Positions 8,384 through 17,912 of a DNA stretch of 64,000 bases are shown here, piece by piece. The notes under the pieces were generated by a model. That model was not told the DNA's origin, did no database searches, and saw only the letters and a program-made list of their open reading frames with translations. The DNA is from Abditibacterium sp. (GTDB lineage: Bacteria; Armatimonadota; Abditibacteriia; Abditibacteriales; Abditibacteriaceae): positions 2,240,001 through 2,304,000 of the forward strand of contig CBDASK010000003.1 of assembly GCA_965199495.1 (NCBI GenBank), written 5' to 3'. Within the stretch, counting starts at the first letter, position 1; every line of letters starts with the position of its first letter. Made by a program: the position numbers and the translations under genes.

Positions 8384-9724
8384 TTGCGCCCGGAGTTTCA
8401 TTTGGCAACTGCTAACAATCAACAAGTTTTGGAACCGCAACCCCAACCCACGCCGCCTTCCGCGCCGATGCTTTCCGAGCAGCCACCGGCGCCGCGCAAG
8501 AGAAAATTTTGGCGGGGATTGGGTATCGTCACGTTGCTCATCGTGGGCGGCGGGGCGGCCTTTGTCACGTTTACGGCCCAGGGACGCCTGATGAAGCAGG
8601 AAGTGACGCACGCTACCAACACTATTATAGAAGTGCAGCAAAATCCCAATTTGCTCTTCGATCACGTCGGCGGTGACCACGTCAATCTTTTGTTGATTGG
8701 CGAAGATCGCAACTGGAAGCAGGGCAGCGTTTTCAACCGCAGAACCGGTAAATTCGCGCCAATGCAAGTCGTGGACAACGATACGCCGCCGCGCTCTGAT
8801 ACCATGATCGTGGTTTCGCTCGATAAAGCGGGCAAAGTTATGCGCCTGGTGTCGTTTCCGCGCGATGCCCGCGTGCGCTATGGTGACATGAACAGGCGTC
8901 AGCATAAAAAAATGAACTCGGTTTATGCGAGCGGTGGCACCGATCCGCAAATGCGCGAAGAAGCATTGAAAAACTTCTTCCGCGATGAAATGGGCCTGCG
9001 CATCGACCGCGTGGCTCGTATTCGCATCGAGGGTTTCACCGGACTTATTGATAAAGTCGGCGGTTTGGAAATCAACGTGGATGGCGCGCTCAAAAAAGAC
9101 CCGAACACCGGCAAGTTATATCGCGGACATATAGATCGCACCGATAACTGGGGCCAGTGGAAGGTGGATTTGGAACCGGGTATGCAGCATCTCAACGGCA
9201 CGCAGGCCGTCGGTTACGCGCGTTTTCGCTATGACCGCGAAGGCGATCCAGGCCGCATTCGTCGCCAGCAGCAAGTCATGCGCGCCTTGGCCAAGAAAAT
9301 TACCAGCGTGCCGCTGATGCAGTTGCCCGGCGTCGTCGGCGAAGCCAAACAACAGTTTCAGAGCGACATGACGGATGCCGAGATGGCTTCAATGGCGCTG
9401 TTCGTGAAAAATATCGGCGCCGACGCCAAGATTTCGCCGCTCACGGTTTTCGGCATCGGCGCCGACGATGGCAGCGATATTATTTTGAATAAGCCGGAAA
9501 ATATCAAGCTGTTTTCCTACGTTTTCGGCGATTCGTTCAACGCACAAAATTTCCTCAATCGTTCGCCCGAAACCGATAAAGACGAACTGGGCATCGCCAA
9601 CAATCGCAACCCGGCGGCCATCGAAGTTTTGCGCGAAGCGGGCATTTTGGCGCCCGACGAGAAAGTGGATCCCAGTCCGGTCACTGAAGTTCCGGTGCGT
9701 CCGCATGAAGAAAAATCAGAATAA
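8384..9724 (+). CDS. LytR-CpsA-Psr (LCP) family protein
   Basis: TM anchor, NLLLIGED, RSDTMIVV, SFPRD, YARFRYD, GRIRRQQQ. Confidence 0.9.
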   Translation: MRPEFHLATANNQQVLEPQPQPTPPSAPMLSEQPPAPRKRKFWRGLGIVTLLIVGGGAAFVTFTAQGRLMKQEVTHATNTIIEVQQNPNLLFDHVGGDHVNLLLIGEDRNWKQGSVFNRRTGKFAPMQVVDNDTPPRSDTMIVVSLDKAGKVMRLVSFPRDARVRYGDMNRRQHKKMNSVYASGGTDPQMREEALKNFFRDEMGLRIDRVARIRIEGFTGLIDKVGGLEINVDGALKKDPNTGKLYRGHIDRTDNWGQWKVDLEPGMQHLNGTQAVGYARFRYDREGDPGRIRRQQQVMRALAKKITSVPLMQLPGVVGEAKQQFQSDMTDAEMASMALFVKNIGADAKISPLTVFGIGADDGSDIILNKPENIKLFSYVFGDSFNAQNFLNRSPETDKDELGIANNRNPAAIEVLREAGILAPDEKVDPSPVTEVPVRPHEEKSE

Positions 9725-9742
9725 AATTGGTTTGACCTTTGC

Positions 9743-9776
9743 AAAAGAGCCACCGCGTGCGCGGTGGCTCTTTTTT
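9743..9776 (+). terminator. Intrinsic terminator
   Basis: AAAAGAGCCACCGCG-CGCGGTGGCTCTTTTTT. Confidence 0.85.
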
Positions 9777-9870
9777 GTTTAGGTGTTTTCCCTCGAATTT
9801 CAAATTCGCGCGTTTCCGGCGTCACGCTTGCATTTTTGCGGCACATTCCACTGGAGGAAAATCAAACATT

Positions 9871-11109
9871 ATGAAAGCAGTGCGCTGGCATGGCAAACAT
9901 CACGTAAGCGTTGACACCGTTCCCGATCCGACGATTCAGGAACCGACCGACGCCATCATCAAAATCACTTCGACCGCGATTTGCGGTTCCGACTTGCATC
10001 TTTACGACGGTCTGGTGCAAACAATGGAGGACGGAGACATTTTGGGCCACGAGTTCATGGGCGAAGTCGTCGAAGTCGGTTCGGAAGTCAAAAAGCTCAA
10101 AGTCGGCGACCGCGTTGTGGTGCCCTTCACGATTTCGTGCGGGCACTGCTTTTTCTGCGAGCGAGATTTGTTCGGTTTATGCGATGAATCGAATCCCAAC
10201 GGCGAAATCACCGAAGATTTGTATGGCGCTCCGGCGGGCGGGATTTACGGTTACTCGCACATGTATGGCGGTTTCGCGGGCGGTCAGGCGCAGTATGCGC
10301 GCGTGCCCTACGCCGATGTCGGCCCGATTAAAGTGCCGGACAATCTGACGGACGAACAGGTTTTGTTCTTGTCAGATATTTATCCGACGGGCTATCAGGC
10401 CGCCGTCAATTGCAGCCTCAGAGGCGGCGAAACCGTCGCGATCTGGGGTGCCGGGCCGGTCGGCCAAATGGCGATTCGCAGTGCGTTCTTGTTGGGCGCC
10501 GAGCGCGTGATTTCGATTGATAATATTCCCGAACGGTTGCTGATGGCGCAGCAAGCGGGCGCCGAAATCATCAATTTTCAGAACGATGACGAGCGCAATC
10601 TGTTCGACCAACTCAAGGACAAAACGAGCGGACGTGGGCCGGATGCGTGCGTGGATGCCGTCGGCATGGAAGCACACGGCACCAGTCCCGGCGAGCTTTA
10701 TGATTGGGTGAAAATGGGCCTGAGATTGGCAACGGATAGGCCCAACGTTTTGCGTCAGGCGATTCAGGCGTGCCGCAAGGGCGGCGTCGTTTCGGTGCCC
10801 GGAGTTTATGCGGGGTTGCTCGATAAAATCCCTTACGGCGCGTTTTTTGGCAAGGGTTTATCTATGCACGCGGGCCAAACCCACGTTCAGAAGTTTTTGC
10901 CGCCCCTGCTCGAAACCATCGCGCAGGGGAAAATTGATCCGAGTTTCGTGATTACCCATCGCCTGACTTTGGATGAAGCGCCCGACGCTTACGAGACGTT
11001 CAAACACAAAAAGGATGGTTGCATCAAAGTCGTGTTGAAACCGTGGGAAGAGACGCCCGACGGCAAAATTCGCGCTTACGACGACCAAGTCGAGCAGATG
11101 CAAGAATAA
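9871..11109 (+). CDS. Zn-dependent alcohol/formaldehyde dehydrogenase-like protein (MDR family)
   Basis: ICGSDLH, GHEFMG, CGHCFFC, GAGPVG; GGAGG RBS before ATG 9871. Confidence 0.9.
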   Translation: MKAVRWHGKHHVSVDTVPDPTIQEPTDAIIKITSTAICGSDLHLYDGLVQTMEDGDILGHEFMGEVVEVGSEVKKLKVGDRVVVPFTISCGHCFFCERDLFGLCDESNPNGEITEDLYGAPAGGIYGYSHMYGGFAGGQAQYARVPYADVGPIKVPDNLTDEQVLFLSDIYPTGYQAAVNCSLRGGETVAIWGAGPVGQMAIRSAFLLGAERVISIDNIPERLLMAQQAGAEIINFQNDDERNLFDQLKDKTSGRGPDACVDAVGMEAHGTSPGELYDWVKMGLRLATDRPNVLRQAIQACRKGGVVSVPGVYAGLLDKIPYGAFFGKGLSMHAGQTHVQKFLPPLLETIAQGKIDPSFVITHRLTLDEAPDAYETFKHKKDGCIKVVLKPWEETPDGKIRAYDDQVEQMQE

Positions 11110-11112
11110 ATC

Positions 11113-11307
11113 ATGAAATCAACCACTGGACAAGAAATGGCGGGTATTCCCGCCCCCGCTCCCGGCAGCGCCGAGGGTATGGAAGACATCAACAAACAAT
11201 CGGATGTGCCATTGGCCTCGCACACGCCCGGCAGCGCCGAAGGCGAGGACGACCCGGAATTGCTCGAAGAGGGCGACCCCAGCAAAACGCCCGAAAAATC
11301 GGAGTAG
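11113..11307 (+). CDS. Small acidic, probably disordered protein with PGSAEG duplication
   Basis: Starts 3 bp after the dehydrogenase stop, followed by a terminator; internal repeat. Confidence 0.65.
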   Translation: MKSTTGQEMAGIPAPAPGSAEGMEDINKQSDVPLASHTPGSAEGEDDPELLEEGDPSKTPEKSE

Positions 11308-11346
11308 AAAAAACGGACGCTGACTTAAAGTCAGCGTCCGTTTTTT
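11308..11346 (+). terminator. Intrinsic terminator
   Basis: AAAAAACGGACGCTGAC-TTAAA-GTCAGCGTCCGTTTTTT. Confidence 0.85.
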
Positions 11347-11394
11347 GTCGAAAGCCGCGTCTTGATTGCGCGCTTTATGCGATAATTAAGCCGT

Positions 11395-12300
11395 GTGAAT
11401 CAACCTTCTCCCGCGCGCTCCGGCACCCCTCGTAGCGATGAAACGCGCGGTCTCATTTATGGTTTTATCGGCGTCGCGTGTTTCAGCCTGACGCTACCAG
11501 CCACGCGCGCCGCCGTCGCCGATCTTGACCCGATCATCGTTGGTTTGGGCCGCGCTTTAGTCGGCGCTGTTTTGGCGGCAATTTATCTGCTGATTATCCG
11601 CCAACCGTTGCCATCGCGGGCGCAGTTCAAAAGTTTGTCAGTCATCGGAATCGGCATGGTCATCGGGTTTCCGCTCTGTTTGTCGTGGGCCATCCAACGC
11701 GTGCCCGCTTCGCACGGCGCGATTGTGCTGGGACTTTTGCCGCTCGCAACCGCCGTTGTCGGCGCACTGCGCGGAGGCGAACGGCCTTCGCCCGCGTTCT
11801 GGGCGGCGAGTATCGTCGGTAGCGTTCTGGTCGTCGCGTTTACGCTCGTAATGGGCGGTGGTTCGATTCAACGGGCGGATTTGGCGTTGCTTGGCACTGT
11901 GATTACCGGCGGCATCGGCTATGCCGAAGGCGGGCGATTGGCGCGCGAAATGAGCGGCGCGCGCGTTATCAGTTGGTCGCTGTTAATCGCCGTGCCATTT
12001 TTAATAATTCCCGTGGCCCTCGCGGTTCACCGGCACGGCGTGGCTGCATCGCCCGCCGCGTGGTTGGGATTCGCTTACATCAGTGCGGTGAGCGCGTTTG
12101 GCGGATTCTTCGCGTGGTATCGCGGTTTGGCGCTGGGCGGCATCGCGCGCGTGAGCCAGTTGCAATTGCTGCAACCGTTTCTGACGTTACTCGCTTCGGC
12201 GCTGTTGTTGGGCGAGCAAATCACCATCGTCGCCATCGTTTTCGCTCTGGCGATTGTGGCATGCGTGGCAATCGGACGCAAAGCCGCGATTGCCTATTAA
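11395..12300 (+). CDS. DMT/EamA family transporter
   Basis: About 10 TM segments, two EamA repeats, SQLQLLQPF...LLGE. Confidence 0.88.
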   Translation: MNQPSPARSGTPRSDETRGLIYGFIGVACFSLTLPATRAAVADLDPIIVGLGRALVGAVLAAIYLLIIRQPLPSRAQFKSLSVIGIGMVIGFPLCLSWAIQRVPASHGAIVLGLLPLATAVVGALRGGERPSPAFWAASIVGSVLVVAFTLVMGGGSIQRADLALLGTVITGGIGYAEGGRLAREMSGARVISWSLLIAVPFLIIPVALAVHRHGVAASPAAWLGFAYISAVSAFGGFFAWYRGLALGGIARVSQLQLLQPFLTLLASALLLGEQITIVAIVFALAIVACVAIGRKAAIAY

Positions 12301-12426
12301 AAAGATTTTTACCACAAAAACACAGAGGGCACAAGAAATTCAAAAATAGAACGAAGAACTTGCTTTGGTAAAAGATTGTTCTTCAGAATCTTTTGTGATT
12401 TCTGTGTTTTTGTGGTAAAAATCTTT
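12301..12426. repeat. Intergenic inverted-repeat element (CCACA/CACAGAG family)
   Basis: 26-bp perfect IR AAAGATTTTTACCACAAAAACACAGA (12301-12326 / 12401-12426). Confidence 0.85.
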
Positions 12427-12448
12427 CCCACTTGAATGGCTTCTAAAT

Positions 12449-13099
12449 CTACGCCCGCGCGACCAAACCGGCAATCGTGACGAAATGGCAGACGCTGCCG
12501 CCGATGACGAAGATATGCCAAAGATCGTGCGCCGAAAATTTGCCCGGCACCAAATGCGGTTTGTCGAGCGCGAAAATCACCGTGCCAATTGAATAAACCG
12601 CGCCGCCCGCCAGCAGGAAAAACCAGCCCGCAGGGGACAGAGAATCGCGTAATGGCGATAACGCGACCACGACTAACCAGCCCATCACGACGTAAAGAGC
12701 CACGCGCAACCAATCGGGCATCGTTTTCCACAGCAAACTTCCGCTCACACCCAAAATGGCGAGCGTCCACACGATGCCCAGCAAAATCCAGCCGCGTTCG
12801 CCGCGCAGTGCCAAAAGACAAATCGGTGTGTAACTTCCGGCGATAAGCAGAAAAATCGCGCTGTGATCTAAGCGTTGCAACAACGCTTCGATGCGCGGCG
12901 TCGAACGCCACGAATGATAGGTCGCGCTCGCGGCGTAGAGCAGAATTAAAGTCGCGCCATAAATCGCGGCGGCGGTCGTGTTCCACGCGCGCCCATCGGC
13001 CAACCACAACAATGTGAGTAAAGCCACAACCGATAACAGTGCGCCCAGGCCGTGGGAGAGACCGCAAAACGGCTCTTTGATTTTTTGCAAAAGTTTCAT
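12449..13099 (-). CDS. Hemolysin III / PAQR family membrane protein
   Basis: SHGLGA, SATYH, RLDHSAIFLLIAGSYTP, HDLWHIFV. Confidence 0.92.
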   Translation of the reverse strand: MKLLQKIKEPFCGLSHGLGALLSVVALLTLLWLADGRAWNTTAAAIYGATLILLYAASATYHSWRSTPRIEALLQRLDHSAIFLLIAGSYTPICLLALRGERGWILLGIVWTLAILGVSGSLLWKTMPDWLRVALYVVMGWLVVVALSPLRDSLSPAGWFFLLAGGAVYSIGTVIFALDKPHLVPGKFSAHDLWHIFVIGGSVCHFVTIAGLVARA

Positions 13100-13218
13100 G
13101 TGTCGCCAGTTTTTCGCCGCGACTCAAACGACGCGCGTGGCCAAATTCCGTCAATGTAGACGCCCTATTTTGTCCAAAAGTCGCGCGCGTTGCGATAATA
13201 AAGCATTCGATTCGCTGC

Positions 13219-13848
13219 TCAACTGATTAAAGAAAGCAACGCTTGCATCGCCTTCGATGCGGCTTCTTCGTCGGCGCAACGCAACGAGAGCGGACTACCA
13301 AGATAAGGCGAAATATGAACGATGGATAAACTTGGGTCTAACGAAAAGGACGAAGCGTTTGGCGTGATGCTATCTATTTCGGACGCCAAAATGCCAATAT
13401 CAGCGATGAATCGAATTTGGCAGACGAGGCCGCCCGGATAAACCGCGACGCGGAGAAACCAAATGTTGATCGAACGAAATTTGCCGGAGCAATCGAGCTC
13501 GATTTGCCGTCTTCCCGAACCTTGAATCTGCCGCACGATTTGCGCGCGTTCGTCGGCGCTCCACAGAATGGGTTTGGGAAAAGCGTCTCTGAAAATCGCC
13601 AGCAAAATCGAACAGAGTCCGAGAGTGCTGGTGATCCACAGGCTCACCGCGTGCCAGCGCATATAATACCACTGCGACTTTGTCACTTCGGTTTCGTGTC
13701 CATGATCTGAGACATAAAAATGCCTGTGCGTTCGGTGCCCATTAATCGCGTCACCGCCCAATGTTTCGTAGTGGAACCCATAAGCGATGAAATTAATCGG
13801 CGCGATGACGATGAATAAAAAGCAAAGAATTCCGGTGAGGTCTTTCAT
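13219..13848 (-). CDS. Hypothetical membrane protein
   Basis: Open frame with 2 hydrophobic segments flanking GGDAING...YVSDHG; start reassigned to ATG 13848. Confidence 0.6.
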   Translation of the reverse strand: MKDLTGILCFLFIVIAPINFIAYGFHYETLGGDAINGHRTHRHFYVSDHGHETEVTKSQWYYMRWHAVSLWITSTLGLCSILLAIFRDAFPKPILWSADERAQIVRQIQGSGRRQIELDCSGKFRSINIWFLRVAVYPGGLVCQIRFIADIGILASEIDSITPNASSFSLDPSLSIVHISPYLGSPLSLRCADEEAASKAMQALLSLIS

Positions 13849-13899
13849 GATATTGAGCGCGCAAAATCCTGTGGCCAAAGAAAATTTTACTCCCATAAC

Positions 13900-13929
13900 T
13901 TGACAGCCATTGTCGAATTCACTTATAAT
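13900..13929 (+). promoter_or_regulatory. Consensus sigma70 promoter upstream of the rtcB leader
   Basis: TTGACA-N18-TATAAT. Confidence 0.8.
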
Positions 13930-13978
13930 TCCATTTCGTCCGCGAACCCCGATCCATCTTTGTTCGCCGGAGGCCATT

Positions 13979-14101
13979 ATGTTAGCGTTGCGCACCCTTT
14001 GCCCGATAAACCATCCGAGTTTTAACGATAAAACTCGCGGCGGTTCGCGCGCGCTCGGCCTTCGGAGCGCACGCCATATTTCCTCCTGTTCGCCCGTTTA
14101 G
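13979..14101 (+). CDS. Putative leader peptide (uORF, 40 aa) of rtcB
   Basis: GGAGG (13969-13973) 5 nt before ATG; MLALRTLCPINHPSFNDKTRGGSRALGLRSARHISSCSPV*. Confidence 0.55.
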   Translation: MLALRTLCPINHPSFNDKTRGGSRALGLRSARHISSCSPV

Positions 14102-14119
14102 CGGCGAACCGATTTCCTC

Positions 14120-14164
14120 AAAGGGCGCGAAGGCTTTTATAGCTTTCGCGCCCTTTTTGTTTTT
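14120..14164 (+). terminator. Intrinsic terminator (attenuator) between leader and rtcB
   Basis: AAAGGGCGCGAAGGCT-TTTAT-AGCTTTCGCGCCCTTT followed by TTGTTTTT. Confidence 0.85.
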
Positions 14165-14205
14165 CAAGTTAAGCCCCCGGTGAATGGGACAATTCGCTAA
14201 ACCTA

Positions 14206-15630
14206 ATGATTACTGGAAAAGTTTTGAAAGCTCGCGGCTGGAAAGAGGGCCGCACGATTGGGCTGGCCAAAAAAGCCGCTCATGCACTGGCCGAAATTGG
14301 TCAGGACGAAAATACGATTCTGGAGCGGCTCGACGCGGTTTTGGCCGACCCGGATAAATGGACGGGCGACCCGATTTTCTTCGAGGTCGCGTCCGAGATT
14401 CTGTCGCGCGAGCGCAATGACGCCTCGAAATGGGCCGACGCGCTGCGCGAAACCGCGTTGCCCTACGAAGTTTGGGGCGCCGACGGTATTGACGCCGCCG
14501 CCAACAAACAGATGGAAAACGCGTTGCGTTTGCCCGTGGCTGTTGCTGGCGCGCTGATGCCCGACGCGCACGTTGGTTACGGTTTGCCAATCGGCGGCGT
14601 GTTGGCCACGCAGGGCACGGTCATCCCGTATGCGATTGGGGTTGATATTGCTTGTCGTATGAAATTATCAATTTACGATGTTTCGCCCAATATTATAGGG
14701 CAACACAAAGCCAAATTTGAGAAATCGTTGGTCGAACAGACGCGTTTTGGCGCGGGTTGTAAGTTCGATGCACGCGAGCGCCGCGAACACGAAGTTTTGG
14801 ATGACGACGATTGGCGCGCCACAAGATTTCTGCACGGATTGCGCGCCAAGGCCATCGAGCAGTTGGGCACGTCGGGCGGCGGCAACCATTTCGTCGAATG
14901 GGGCGAGTTCACCTTGGACGAAGATTCGTCCGAGTGGGGCTTGAAGGCAGGCACGTATTTGTCGCTGCTCTCGCATTCGGGTTCGCGCGGCGTGGGTTTT
15001 AAAATCGCCAATGAATACTCACGTTTGGCGCGCGGTTTACATCCGAATTTGCCCGATGCAGTCAAGTATTTGGCGTGGCTCGACATGGACAGCGATGCCG
15101 GGCGCGAGTATTGGATCGGGATGGAATTGGCGGGCCGTTTCGCCAGCGCGTGCCACGAAGTGATTCATCGCGAAGTCGCCAAAGCGGTGGGTTTCAAGCA
15201 AGTCGCTTCGATTGAAAATCATCACAATTTCGCGTGGCGCGAGACGATGGCCGATGGCAGCGAAGCGATTGTGCATCGCAAGGGCGCGACTCCGGCGGGC
15301 GCGGGCGTGTTGGGAATTATTCCCGGCTCGATGGCCGATCCGGGTTATGTCGTGCGCGGCAAAGGCGTGATGTCGAGTTTGAACTCGGCCTCGCACGGCG
15401 CCGGGCGCGCCATGAGCCGCAAGGCCGCCAAAGATTCGATTACGTCGGGCCAGATGCGCAAGTATCTGGAATATCGCGGCGTGAAACTGCTGGGCGGCGG
15501 CTTGGACGAGGCACCGATGGCCTATAAAAATATCGAGGAGGTGATCGGCGCGCAACGCGATTTGGTGGATGTTCTGGGAAGTTTCGCGCCCAAAATCGTG
15601 ATGATGGCCAACGATTCGAGCGACGTTTAA
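14206..15630 (+). CDS. rtcB: RtcB-family RNA ligase
   Basis: MPDAHVGYGLPIGG, GVDIAC, GGGNHFVE, HSGSRG, HHNFA, HRKGAT, SHGAGR, DEAPMAYK. Confidence 0.95.
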   Translation: MITGKVLKARGWKEGRTIGLAKKAAHALAEIGQDENTILERLDAVLADPDKWTGDPIFFEVASEILSRERNDASKWADALRETALPYEVWGADGIDAAANKQMENALRLPVAVAGALMPDAHVGYGLPIGGVLATQGTVIPYAIGVDIACRMKLSIYDVSPNIIGQHKAKFEKSLVEQTRFGAGCKFDARERREHEVLDDDDWRATRFLHGLRAKAIEQLGTSGGGNHFVEWGEFTLDEDSSEWGLKAGTYLSLLSHSGSRGVGFKIANEYSRLARGLHPNLPDAVKYLAWLDMDSDAGREYWIGMELAGRFASACHEVIHREVAKAVGFKQVASIENHHNFAWRETMADGSEAIVHRKGATPAGAGVLGIIPGSMADPGYVVRGKGVMSSLNSASHGAGRAMSRKAAKDSITSGQMRKYLEYRGVKLLGGGLDEAPMAYKNIEEVIGAQRDLVDVLGSFAPKIVMMANDSSDV

Positions 15631-15637
15631 CGTTCTG

Positions 15638-15893
15638 TAGCCACCAAGAAGGACATAGGAGTTACGCAGTTGCCTTTGCTTGTCATTCTGAGCGCAGTGA
15701 GGCACGAACGCAGTCGAAGAATGAAGAATCCACCGGTTGCGACGAAATTTGACGTTCGTCGGCGAATTCACGGTCATGGATTCTTCGACTGCGTTCGTGC
15801 CTCACTGCGCTCAGAATGACAAGCAAAGGCAACTGCGTAACTCCTACGTCCTTCTTTGTCTTCTGGGTGTGTTCTCCGTGTCCTTGGTGGCTA
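15638..15893. repeat. Nested inverted-repeat (MITE/REP-like) element
   Basis: 67-bp perfect IR (15656-15722 / 15780-15846) inside an outer TAGCCACCAAG...CTTGGTGGCTA element. Confidence 0.9.
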
Positions 15894-17861
15894 ATTTTTG
15901 CGCCAGCCGACGGTCGCTTGCACGCTGCTCCATTCGCCTTTGCCCGCCAAAATTGAGGTTTTCCACTGCGATTGCGGTTTGCCGCGTTCGTCGAGGGGAA
16001 AAGTATCGCGCGTCCAGAACCATTTCCAGTAGCGCGCGGGTTCGAGCGCGGCCCAACTGGCGCGCGGCCAAATCAGAAAATCGGTGGTATTGGTTTTCCA
16101 ACCGGCGCGCGTCATAGCGCCGACGTTGGGCAAATCGTCGGGCGTGGTGACGCCCACGCGCGAATTCACGATGTTGAGCGTGTTGCCGATGCCATTGTTG
16201 GATGCGCCGACATTGGGCGCCGATTTGCGGAAATACCAGACCGTCGGCCACTGGCGATCTTTGCCGTTTTTGCCGTCATTATTGAACCACAGCGCGCGTA
16301 TATCGCCGCACGTTTCGGCCTTGGCGGTTTCGACGGCATCGCGAAAAGCGTCGGGCGATTGCGCATACAAAATCGGCTCGGCGTTGTCGCCCGCGCGCTG
16401 GAAAATCATCGCGTAGTCGCCGCGCAGCGAGAAGAACGCGCCCAGCACCAAACCAAGCAGCCACGCCGGGCGACTCAACCGAATTTGGCTCAGCCAAACG
16501 CCGCCCAAAAGCGCGAGCGGCAGACAAATATGAACGATGAGCCACGGCACTTTTTCGTTGGCGACGGCATAAACCGTCCATGAACTAAAGCTCCACCACA
16601 ACAATAAATCGGTGAATTGGGTGCGGTTTTTGGCGGCGTAATAAACGCCGCCCGCCGCCGCGACCAAAATCGGCACTTCGTATAAAAGCGCCAAAACCAC
16701 ATAATAATCGTGGCGCCCCGGCAGACGCGGCGTGGCCTGTTGGCCGCCCCAGTAATCCCACATTTGCCTAATCGCCGTGAGCGCGCTTGTTGCACCGCCC
16801 GCCGCCGTGACTGTCGGAAACTGTTTGGTTTGCGCCCACTGCGCCAAAATTTGCGCGACGCCGCCAAACAGAAAAATGTAGAGCAACAAAGCCGTGAGCG
16901 CCACCCAAAAATAAGTCAGCCATTGCTCTTTTGAATTGGCGACTCGCAGTTCAATTGGCGCGATTTTCTTTTTCGCTTTCTTGCTGACTTCGCTTTCTTT
17001 CGGTTCGCGCCACGACATCAGCCACAGCCAGAAGACGCCACACGCCGCGACAGCGACGATTTGGAATATTTTGTGTTGGTGCGCCTGAATTGCCGGAACG
17101 AAGGTGTTGTCGCGCGGAAAGAGAATCGCGAAGGCGGTGACGACGACGAAACAGAGCGCGGGCGTCCAGCGTTCGATGAGAACGGGCAGACGGAGCCAAC
17201 CGCTAAAGCGCCACGCCAGCCAGAACGCCAGCAGCATGACGGCGATGAAAAAGAAGTTGGCTTTGGTCGCCAGAAATAAAGTCAAAAACGCCGCCAGTCC
17301 GACGCGCGCGTTGCGCCCGCTTTGCGAATCGGACGGGTGGCTCAGCGTCCACATAAAGCACAAAACCGCGCCCATCGTCAGAAATAAGACCAGCGAATCG
17401 TGCAGCAAATGGCGCGAGTAAGTGACAATCGAAGGCGAAATCGCGACGAGGGCCGCGCCCGCAATCGCCGCGCGATTGGAGACGAAACTGCGCATCGGAA
17501 ACAATATCAGCGCCAACAAGCCGATGCCCAAAATTGACGGGACGAGGCGCGCGGTGAAATCGAAATCGCCCGTCGTTTTGGTGAAAAGCCCGACCAACCC
17601 AAATAGGCCCGCGACCAAATGATAGAGCAACGGCCCATGATAAACCGGATCGTAATGGTAAGTGCCGAAACTCTGCGCGAAAAACGCGTGAATCGCTTCG
17701 TCGGGATGAAACGGCGCTTCCCCCAACAACAGTTGGCGCGCCGCGATGCCGACGATCAAAACGACCATCGCGCTAACCCAGAATCGGTCGGAATTGGTGG
17801 GAGCGGGAACAGCAACGGGCGCGGTTTTGCGGGCGGTTTCTGAAGCGACGGGAGAACGCAT
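15891..17861 (-). CDS. TIGR03663/Agl23-like GT-C fold membrane protein
   Basis: FHPDEAIHA, YHYDPVYHGP, SRHLLHD, EKVPWL, YAQS motifs; polytopic. Confidence 0.8.
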   Translation of the reverse strand: MRSPVASETARKTAPVAVPAPTNSDRFWVSAMVVLIVGIAARQLLLGEAPFHPDEAIHAFFAQSFGTYHYDPVYHGPLLYHLVAGLFGLVGLFTKTTGDFDFTARLVPSILGIGLLALILFPMRSFVSNRAAIAGAALVAISPSIVTYSRHLLHDSLVLFLTMGAVLCFMWTLSHPSDSQSGRNARVGLAAFLTLFLATKANFFFIAVMLLAFWLAWRFSGWLRLPVLIERWTPALCFVVVTAFAILFPRDNTFVPAIQAHQHKIFQIVAVAACGVFWLWLMSWREPKESEVSKKAKKKIAPIELRVANSKEQWLTYFWVALTALLLYIFLFGGVAQILAQWAQTKQFPTVTAAGGATSALTAIRQMWDYWGGQQATPRLPGRHDYYVVLALLYEVPILVAAAGGVYYAAKNRTQFTDLLLWWSFSSWTVYAVANEKVPWLIVHICLPLALLGGVWLSQIRLSRPAWLLGLVLGAFFSLRGDYAMIFQRAGDNAEPILYAQSPDAFRDAVETAKAETCGDIRALWFNNDGKNGKDRQWPTVWYFRKSAPNVGASNNGIGNTLNIVNSRVGVTTPDDLPNVGAMTRAGWKTNTTDFLIWPRASWAALEPARYWKWFWTRDTFPLDERGKPQSQWKTSILAGKGEWSSVQATVGWRKN

Positions 17862-17912
17862 AACGGGAAAAAGGACAGCGGTCAGTTTAATCGCGCCCGA
17901 ATGGATGCTGTT

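Noticed and set aside
13930..14205. Y-RNA/tRNA-like ncRNA or metabolite riboswitch upstream of rtcB
   Set aside because: No recognisable cloverleaf or aptamer consensus; the uORF-attenuator reading explains the features better, but an Rfam search was not run
15037..16117. Two ORFs on opposite strands sharing SSTAFVPHCAQNDKQRQLRNSYVLL
   Set aside because: Artefact of the 67-bp inverted repeat
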